Shown piece after piece: positions 54,909 through 64,000 of a stretch of DNA of 64,000 nt. How positions within the stretch are numbered: the stretch's first letter is position 1; each line of letters begins with the position of its first letter. Both the position numbers and the translations under genes were made by a program. This stretch comes from Lingula anatina (lineage: Eukaryota > Animalia > Brachiopoda): assembly GCA_051362555.1 (NCBI GenBank), contig CM120640.1, positions 67,434,788-67,498,787 of the forward strand, in the 5' to 3' direction. Under the pieces are notes generated by a model. That model saw only the letters and a program-made list of their open reading frames with translations, did no database searches and was not told the DNA's origin.

Positions 54909-56659
54909 CCTCTTGTTTTTTTTACTGCAACGATATCATTTAAATATAAAGTGTGAGTTTTTAAGTATAATAATAATGTTAATAATAGTAAAAGAAAATG
55001 GAGTAGTATGAGGTAAAGCAAATAAACTTCTTTCTTGCACCTCCTTCGGTAAAGGTAGTGGATAAAAAAAATGACAAATTGAAAGTTACATTATGTACTA
55101 AAGTATATCTGGAGAAAGTATTTTTGCCAACAGGTTAAACTATAAAACCATAAAACAATAGAAGTCAATATCTCATTCTAATGCAAACATGAAACATAAT
55201 ATAACGCATGTCGTAATCCATGGTCTTTTGAAGAGTCGGTGTGAAAGAGACATATATACCAATATTATGTATTTATCAATCAGACAACTTTCCATTTGTA
55301 ACAGAAACATGCAAATATCTTTAATCAGATGACAAACAAGATGTAGTTCTAGGCTAATAAATGTTTCAAACTTAACAATAGCTTTCATTTGTGCCTTTAC
55401 CCTTAAATAGTCTCAATTTGTCAAATTACTTAATTGAGTACAATTAAACTTGTTAGATAAAAGATAACAATTTTAAATGCTACCAAATTTTACAATTATA
55501 CACACTTGGAAAAGGGATATTAGTAATGTTAGTAAGATATTTCATTTAGAATTCTTTATTATTAACATATTTTTCATTCACCAACTCTACAGTGACAACA
55601 TTTAAGAAGGTATATATGCTCTTGTATACATGTCAAAGTGCAAACATAATCCTTCCTTGCAATTATTTATCACTATTGTGTCTTATAAGCACTATTGTGT
55701 TTTAAAAGCAATTATAACACTTAAATACTTTATAACATTGCATGTGGACACTACATATCGTTGCAGACACTACAAATGGTATGTTTATTGCAAAATAGAG
55801 AAGTGTTAACGATAACAAACAAACCCTTCAATGATATATATATATATAATGATTTACCAACACCAAAACAATAAATGTCGGCTTTAGTATCACAATTACT
55901 ATATAAATTGAAATTATGTGACTAGTAAATTAAACCTACATGAAAAAGAAGGAAAATGTATCTATCGAAAGATAGAGTCTATATAAAATGTAAAAGATTT
56001 GCAATTTCTCAGCAGAGTTGCTCCAAACAACCGGTAAAAGAAAAGAATTGTGAGCATAAAGATACCTAGTTAATTCTAAGTTAATTTATATGTTTTCATT
56101 AAAAGAAAGTAAATTCTTTTATTGCAGGTTGCAAAACATGCTCATGCATAACATGAAAAAACTAATGCAAAACCAGTTGTAGTTGACATAGATCTGCTTG
56201 AAGTTGTGCAGTGCCTCTTTTTGCTTATTCCACATTTTAAACCTAGCATCCTTGGAGGTGTAACAAATGTGGATAAAATTGTAATATAGGTCATTTTTTT
56301 GGCTAATACAATTGTATAACATGGATGATAGAAAAAGCAACACCAGATATTGATTTGTATGTATGTGATTTTGGAGGATATTGACATTTGGGTTTAAAAT
56401 TATGTATTATAACGATTACTGACAATTGCCTTCAGTCATTATTGTAGGGGATGTGTCCTACCCATTACTTGGCCAATAAGCATTATACCAATAAAGAAAC
56501 CACGCAACCATTTGAGTGGAACAGTAATGAATACTAAAACTGTAACTGCTTAACTTTACAACATTAAATAACATATAAAGTTTTCATGATAGACTTAGCC
56601 AATTATATGTATTACACAATCCTACATTTTTCTTTTATCGCTCCTCATTTAAAGCAATA

Positions 56660-57219
56660 TTACCAACCCCACACGGCTCCTAACATTGCCATTATCAGTC
56701 CATTGGTACCTAAATGAAGGTTACCATTGTTTTTCTTTGGGGTCATGGTCGTAGTCACACCATAAAATGGAGGCAAGGAACCCTGGTGGGTGGTGCTTGG
56801 CCCACAGGAAGGAAATAATCTGGAGCGTATACCCACTGGTCCTCCAGATATCTCCAACTGTACATTGTGCAGAGCATGTTCAATCCATGCTTGTACTTGG
56901 TTGAAAATGTTGCGACTTTCCTCGTAATGGGCCAGCCTCATGCGGATAGTTACGAGGGTTACAACACTGAAGGTGATGGACGTGTTCTTCGCACTGTGTT
57001 TCAGATTACAGGATAAAATTCGTGCTTGCACAGCTCTCAGTACAGCTCCCAACTGTCTATCACGTATGATATCATTACAGCCATCCCTTGATTTTGGAAA
57101 CCAGCCACAGGGCTCCAAATATAAGATAATAACTGACCGTACCACTGTGAAGTTGTATATAAGGGGGCGACAGCCCTCAGCATCAAGCACAGACCCAGGG
57201 GGGCATATTATCTGCTGAT
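56660..57219 (-). CDS. SMB-like/mucin cell-surface protein, exon 2 (CPPG..C module, Ser/Thr stalk, hydrophobic C-terminus)
   Basis: Acceptor CTTTTTTCCAGCCTGCAG|AT fits the phase-1 donor at 61539; 560 nt open to the stop; DQQIICPPGSVLDAEGCRPL...KKNNGNLHLGTNGLIMAMLGAVWGW*. Confidence 0.7.
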
Positions 57220-57595
57220 CTGCAGGCTGGAAAAAAGAAGACCCCATGCAGATATATATGATATTGGAAAAGTATGCGTTATGGTGGAGCAGTGCAATAA
57301 AATCACATATACTTTCAACTTGAACCCACTTGATAATGGGCTCTTTCGGTGGATTTGCATACAATGTAGGTGTGGCTCTTGATGAATTGCACCTATGTCA
57401 AAGTTTTTCAAAATTAGATGCCAAATGTCTTTTAAACCCAAGCTAAGAAACATGGGAAAAGTTACTGCAGAAGTTTGATGGAAAGTAATATATCATATAT
57501 TATATTGGATTTGACCTTTGACCTATATTTCAAGGTCAAATACACCAAAATTTTGTAAAAAATTTAATTTTTTCATTAAAAAAATGTTTGTGTCA

Positions 57596-57990
57596 ATTTT
57601 TATGTACAGACACAGATGTGTCTGTACATACTGTCATCACCTGCGTCGCTGTGCACATCATCGCCGTGCACAACGTCCCCGTGCACTTTCAGCGTTAACA
57701 CCATAAATGGAAGACAGTTTAACTTTTTGGCTTTATATTTACAGAGCTGATGAATATTCATAAAACGCTGGTCAAGTTCGAAAATCAGCATGATTGGGAT
57801 ATTATTGTAGAAGTTATGCTGTTTTTTCACTTTTCAGCATATATGCAACACTGTAAACACAATATAAGAAACACAGATAGGCCAATTGTCATGAAACTCA
57901 CAGGAGTGATCAACCTTACTAAAACGCAGGTTTAGTTTGAAAATCAACACAATCAGGCCATTATTTTAGAAGTGATGCTGTTTTTTCACA
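57596..57990 (+). mobile_element. Helentron-associated (HINE-like) non-autonomous element end
   Basis: T-run, then a perfect 14-bp-stem palindrome TATGTACAGACACA-GA-TGTGTCTGTACATA (57601-57630), TGTCATCAC, a CGTC-like simple segment, and ~160-bp repeated units (GAAAATCA...TTAT..TAGAAGT.ATGCTGTTTTTTCAC). The right boundary is uncertain. Confidence 0.6.
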
Positions 57991-58389
57991 TTTCCTCAGA
58001 TTTAATTCTTAGGCATGTTAACGGTCTCATTATTTAACTAATAAGATACGTAAAAGTGTTTGTTTGACCTTTCCTGCATCTTTACAACATTGTTAGTTGA
58101 TTATGTAAAATGATGGTAAACTTGTTATCGTGTATTGTGTATTAAAGTGTCAAAAATGGAAATAAACTCATATCATTGCAGTTTGTCAGATTCAATCATT
58201 TACTATGTTCAGAATCTCAGAATGGAGGAAATTGGACATTTAGCACTGTTCTATTGATATTTTTCCCATCTCATCAATTTTCTTAGTTGATCATATAAAA
58301 ATGGCAGTAAACTGTTAATTTTGTTTTATGTTAAAAAATTTTAAAAAATGGAAAAAAAAAACCATTTCAGAACAATGCTGTCTTGTTTA

Positions 58390-59600
58390 CATTTTGGCAT
58401 TTTCAAGGTGTGACTTTGAAGTTCCATGGGCCTCAAGACCTTTGCTAGTCACATTTTTCTGAATATCCATGATACTTATATTTTATTATTAAAAATTGAT
58501 GGTCATTATGCTTTTAAACATTATGTAATATTGCATCAAAATTTGAAGAAACCCCTATTTTGGGCACTGCTCCCATGATGACCATTTAAGAAAAACCATG
58601 TCACTTACTGTTCTCAAACTAACAGGAAAGAAACATGGGACTAAAATACAGCTTCAGTAGGCAATGCAGTCTGTTTGGTAAATTTTTATGGCAGTTAAAC
58701 ATTTTTTGTGAAAATTTAATTTTTCACATATTGGCGTTTTCAAGGTGTGACTTAGAACCTCCACGGGCTTGAAGAGCCATGCTAGTCACATTTTCTGAAA
58801 ATCCATGATACGTATATTTTATTATTAAAAATTGATGGTCATTATGCTGTTAAGCATCATGTAACATTGCATCAAAATAGAAGAAAACACAATTTTTGGT
58901 GATGCTGCTATGATGACCATTATGGAAAAACAGTATTACTTATGATTGTCAAACTTTCAAAAAAGAAACACAGGACTAAAATGCACCCTGAGTTGGAAAA
59001 GCAGTCTAATTGGCTTCTTTTTCTGGAAGTTATACATTTAAGTGAAATATTAATTTTTATCGTGTTGGCATATTCATTGTGGGACTCAGAGCTCCCATGG
59101 ACATGAATCAGAATGGTAATCAAATTTTCTACATGTCCATGCTATTTATAGTCAATAATAAAAAAATGATGATAATTATTCTGTAATTTATTATGTAATG
59201 TTACATCAAAATTGACAAAAATCTTTTTGCACTGCTACTACTAAGATTATGAAAAGAAAACTGTGTTACTTATTATTATTTTTAACTTACAAGTATGATT
59301 TTTAGGATTGGCATGCAGTTCAAATTAGAAAGCCAGCTCAGTTGGGTTATCATTTATTATTGAAGTTATGCAGTTTTGTGTGAAATTTTCATTTTTCTCA
59401 TTCTGGCATTTTCAAAGTGTGAACTTGAACACCCATGGGCCTGAAGCCTTATGCTTGTTACACATTTTACTTACATGGGTATTACCTGTTGAGCATAATT
59501 AAAATTTGATGTTGAATTTGCAGTAAAGCATAATGTACTTTTGCATCAGAATTAACAGTACTTAGCCTATTTTGTGCATTGTTATTGTCTGCTTTTTGTC
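58390..59600. repeat. Diverged tandem satellite, ~337-bp unit, ~4 copies
   Basis: The anchor (T/C)TGGC(A/G)T...G(T/G)GAC...CC(A/C)(T/C)GG recurs at 58394, 58731, 59065 and 59403 (spacing 337, 334, 338). Confidence 0.85.
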
Positions 59601-59949
59601 TGTACATTTGACAGCTTTGCTGCCTTGTTAGAAACTGCATACTAGTACCCTATGTTTTTTTTTATAAAGGTGAGAAGTTACATTTGGAGTCTCCTTTCAT
59701 CTGCATTAGTTTGGGGTCAATTGGTGCACTTTCACAGGAGAAGTAGTCATAAGATGAAACTGAAAACTCTTTCTTATTCTGGCATTATTAAAGTAAGAGA
59801 CCCCTTGTTTGCTGATTTTTGTAGAGCTCATCAAGCAAACCACTGGAGGTAGTGTTTGTTTTTAATTGTTTTTATATGGTTAAGCATTTGAGCTTCTTCA
59901 AAAAGTACAATGCCTCAATGCACAAAAGTTAAACTTTATCAAAATAAAA

Positions 59950-60430
59950 TGTGAAATACTCTAAAACTAGCAGAGATACAAGATACTCCCATAGTAACTA
60001 TTGAATTTGAATGAGCAATCATCTATGTGACCTTTAATTTGACATTTGACCTACATAATCACCATGAAACACACCTTGCAATTTTTCTAGTTTTTATATC
60101 TTAAAAACTAGAAGATATACTAGTACTGTACATTCTAGGTGACTAGTGAACTGGAAAAGGAGTTCATACTGAGAATCCATGCAAATTTGACCTTTGACCT
60201 ACATGTATTTTCTACCATGAAATGCATTTTGTAAATTTTCTAGCCTCTGTATCTCAAAAATTAGAACATTTACACATTTACACATCTTATCTCATCTTAC
60301 AATTGAGCTTGCATGCATTGGCAATAAAAATATGACACCATATTTGACCTTTGTCCTACTCTCCACATTGAAATGCACTTTTCAAATTTTCTATCCTTTG
60401 TATTTCCTAGTCTAGAAGAGTTCCACTAGT
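59950..60430. repeat. Diverged tandem repeat, ~150-bp unit, ~3 copies
   Basis: TTTGACCTTTGACCTAC...CCATGAAA..CA..TT..AATTTTCTA-like units recur near 60038, 60186 and 60343. Confidence 0.7.
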
Positions 60431-61538
60431 AGTTCCATTGAACTAAAATCCACTTACAAAATCCTGCTGGTGGTACAAAAACTGGTGGTGGTATCACCTT
60501 TCTGATCCCCTGATTAATTAATGTTTCAATCAATACATTTATCGGAGTAGCAGTCAATTAATTAATTAATTTGTTTGTTTGTGTATTTCAATTTCCTTTT
60601 TCCTTTTTCATCATCATTATTAGCATACCATGTTTCTCACCATAGTCATGATGCCATCACTCTGTTTCTTGTTTTGATCTCCAACATACAAAAGGGCACG
60701 GAAAGAAAGACCTTCAAATCTCACTTGTTGGGGTGTAGAATTCTGATCTGAATATAACATAAAATGGTAAATTATGCAAATGGCATTTAAGCTTGACAAA
60801 GATCAGCTACAAATTGTTTGACTAGTCTCGTTGATTTAGATATAAGTAAATTACGGCCAAGTACATGTAGTATTATTGATATGACTCAATCTTTTTAATA
60901 GTGAAATAAGTGCAAATTTTACAGACACTGTATTTTTAAAGTCATTTTAATTAGATAATTTCTAGCAAGAAATTTGAAAAGCAGGGTATCCTACAGTTCC
61001 TTTTTTTTTCAATTTCAAAACTATGTATTTGAAAGATTGGTCATGTTCCCCATTGAAACCACCAAGTCATTATTGTATTTACTTAAGGAGGCATGACTCA
61101 AAGTCAAAATGTCTCTTGTCTTGAGTAAGCTTTAGGTTCAAGCTTGAATAAAAAGAAGCAAAAAATCTATATCTTAGACTGTTTATGACAGTCATCATAA
61201 ATTCATTCAGTAATCTATGCAATATTTGAACATTTTATTTATCCAGTTTTATAGTGTGATACTATTGTAGAAAATAAAGAATGAAATGTATCATATTTAT
61301 CTCAAACATTTAATTTATCTATAATCTATATACATCTCAAAAAAAAAAAAAAAGAAAAAATATTATTCAGGAGAATTTGTATCTTATTTCAAAGAGCCAA
61401 AACATTGCACACTGAGATACATGTACCAAGGAGCAAAATGATAAGACTATAATCTATTATTAATACTGTCAATTCACGTAAATACCGTGAATTTTCACAT
61501 ACATAGTTGTTTAATGGTAATAAACAGGTATCACTTAC

Positions 61539-63162
61539 CTTCGCAGACTGTATCACCTCCATAACAAGCCATGCAGTGGTAGTTCTTGTAACTTTGATCA
61601 TGACCGCTTAAGATAACTGGATTGTTGTAGGCCAAGCAGGCGTCTCTTAAGGGGGAGTGCAGGGGCAGTGGGCGAGGCACACGATATGCACTTCCATTGG
61701 TAAAACTGAACTTACAGGGACCAAAGGCATGGCTCCCCACTTCCCGAAAGCATGTCCTCAATTTCCAGTCTGGTTTTGACTTGAAAATACCATTACATCC
61801 GAGATCTTCCAGTATTCTTAAGACACATCGTGAGGAGCTGCAATTTACAAAATTAACAATATCTGCCCTCGTACAATAGATGGCAAGTTCCCACAGTTCC
61901 CAGCTGTTCTTGACACCATTACAAATTGCACAATACTTATTTCTGAAGGTTATCATTGTGTCTGGGTCAGTGACTGGCTGGTGCAAGAGCACATCCTCTG
62001 AGAGACTAGTTTCTGAGCTATTGGTGCATTTGCTATGAATTTTTTCTTCCAGCCATGATTGTGGACATTGGTCCACCATCCAAAATCTCAATCCATGATT
62101 GTCCACATGACCTTGTTTGCTTTGAGATCTTTGTTGATGCATTGTTGGAGTATTTCTACAAGAGCTTTTACGTGCCAGGGAAATCAAAGTAGACAAAGGG
62201 TCAACTTGTTTTTTCTGCCTAGCTAAAGAGGACCTATTGGTATTGTTAGTGGACCCAAAGGTGGTGCTGTTACTTTGAGTTTCTGTTAAGTTGTATGCAG
62301 ATATAATTACAGATTTCAAGGGGTTATGGGCCTTTGTTAACTGGACAGAGGCTGCGCACACTGTCATATTTTCTGTAGCTCCATAACAGCAGTCATCATA
62401 CAGGATGCAAAGAGGGTCACAGTTGCAATGGACCTTGATGCTGCCTTGATGTTGTCCAAGCCTTACACAGAGCCACTGATAAGGTGTAAGAGTTGTGTGT
62501 AGGAAAAAATTGGTTTTCTTTGTTTTTTTAGAAGTTTCATTACTGTTGGTCAGTCCTTTTAGCAATGTATCCTCTTGATAGGGCAACTTTGGTGTGACTC
62601 CCTCATCCATTGTACCCTTAGTTGTTGGTGACTCTTGCATGACACCTTCCTGCATCTTACCCTCAGTAGTTGGTGACTCTTGTGTGACTCCCTGGTGCAT
62701 TCTACCCTCAGTAGTTGGTGACTGTGGTGTGACTCGCTCATGCATTTTACCCAGAGTAGTTGGTGACTCTTGCATGACACCTGCCTGCATTCTACCCTCA
62801 GTAGTGGGTGACTCTTGTGTGACTCCCTGGTGCATTCTACCCTTAGTAGTTGGTGACTCTTGTGTGACTCCCTCATGCATATTACCTTCAGTAGTTGGTG
62901 ACTCTTGTGTGGTACCTTTGTGCATTCTATGTTCAATAGTGGACAACCCTTGTACAACTGCCGATGGTTCTATTGTGTTTGCTTCTGACATTCGATCAAC
63001 ATATGGTGACTCCGTCCTGATTCCCACAGGTGTCCAAATGTCTAGATTTGGTGACTTTTGTGTGGATCCATCGGATTGACTATTATCTTGAACCATATTG
63101 AGCATGACTGCTGTTGGCTGAACTAGTAACAGTGCACATATAGTGAGGTGTATGATTATCAT
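61539..63162 (-). CDS. SMB-like/mucin cell-surface protein, exon 1 (signal peptide, 15-aa repeats, somatomedin-B-like domain, Cys-rich modules)
   Basis: Part of a 570-codon ORF; signal-peptide-like MIIIHLTICALLLVQPTAV from ATG 63162 (upstream in-frame ATGs at 63198 and 63243); SMB-like CNCDPLCILYDDCC; WMVDQCP..W..KC..PVTD..TFRNKYCAICNG and CLAY..PV..YKNYHCMAC modules; donor AAG|GTAAGT, phase 1. Confidence 0.88.
62591..62931 (-). repeat. Coding minisatellite, 45-bp unit (GRMHQGVTQESPTTE), ~7.5 copies
   Basis: GTAGTTGGTGACTCTTG-like anchor recurs every 45 nt; Thr/Ser/Pro-rich, mucin-like translation. Confidence 0.95.
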
Positions 63163-64000
63163 GTTTTTTTCTAAATGAAATCTCTGGCAGTGGCACATAG
63201 AAGTGATGCAGAGCAGTGTTTGCTGAGCTTTTATACCATTCATTAACTCATATCCTTATTGATACAGATTATTGCTGTAGTTATTAGAAGGAAACACATC
63301 AACAGAATTACAAAATATCCTTCTTTAGAACACTTATTAAGTAGAATTCATCCCAAGCTGTAAATAGGAAGAAGAGTGGCTATAGGTCAACAGGTTATTG
63401 AGGCAGATACATACTAATTTCAAGCAGCTTATGTCTCAAGTTGATCAACCGTTGGATGATAGATAGTTTATGGTAATCTAATGCAGCACCACCAGGGGGA
63501 TTAATTACAATAAATTACAGAAATAAGACAGTATAATACCACTTAGGATAGAATATGATCTCAAAAAGCTGAGAAATTTTGTATTCAAATTATGGTCCTC
63601 TTTGAGTTTGGAAATAAATTTATACATATATTGTACTACATTGTAGCAGTGACTTACACTCAACAACTTGTATGAAAATATATTTCCTTGCTTGTAAATA
63701 AATTTCTTATTATCACTTACATACAGAAAGTTGGAGATACATTTTCAATCAGTGCATATAATTCTAACCTCCCAGGTGCATGCATGTTTCTAATCTAACA
63801 ATCACAACTTACAAATATAGCCAGCTAATTTCTGCAGTTATCTGGGTTGGATATTATCCTGCCAAACCTTAAGTTGTTAATGACCGTTTGCGCAAGTAAA
63901 TGATCATTTCCAAATCTGTTCTTCAATATTTCCTGTGCCTTTGTATAGCAATTGAGGCCACCAATGAGAAAGCGTTAAACCAGACCAGATGTGAAGTGCA

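Noticed and set aside
62559-63079. Repetitive ORFs in alternative frames (62559-62957 minus, 62594-63079 plus)
   Set aside because: Shadow frames of the 45-bp coding minisatellite.

Overview
AT-rich, intron-containing animal DNA; the gene content and repeat types suggest a lophotrochozoan, probably a mollusc (inference). There is no prokaryotic operon or CRISPR array. Two protein-coding genes can be rebuilt with canonical GT-AG, phase-consistent splice sites, both on the minus strand. The first is a 4-exon, 550-aa class A neuropeptide GPCR of the neuromedin U/pyrokinin/CAPA (PRXamide) receptor family (31414 to 9744). The second is a 2-exon, ~727-aa protein with a signal peptide, 15-aa mucin-like repeats, a somatomedin-B-like domain and Cys-rich modules, ending in a GPI-like tail (63162 to 56660). 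Also present: one intact tRNA-Glu(CTC), a decayed 5'-truncated LINE with a second LINE 3' end inserted into it in reverse, several MITEs with readable TIRs/TSDs, a 206-bp tandem duplication, and a Helentron-like element plus satellite array in the second gene's intron. The most interesting unexplained signals are a frame-preserving GC-donor cassette exon that would lengthen the GPCR third intracellular loop, a recursive-splice-like AG|GTAAG site upstream of the GPCR, and the apparent 7TM-less, GPI-anchored version of an adhesion/Methuselah-type ectodomain. All calls were made by eye, without database searches.
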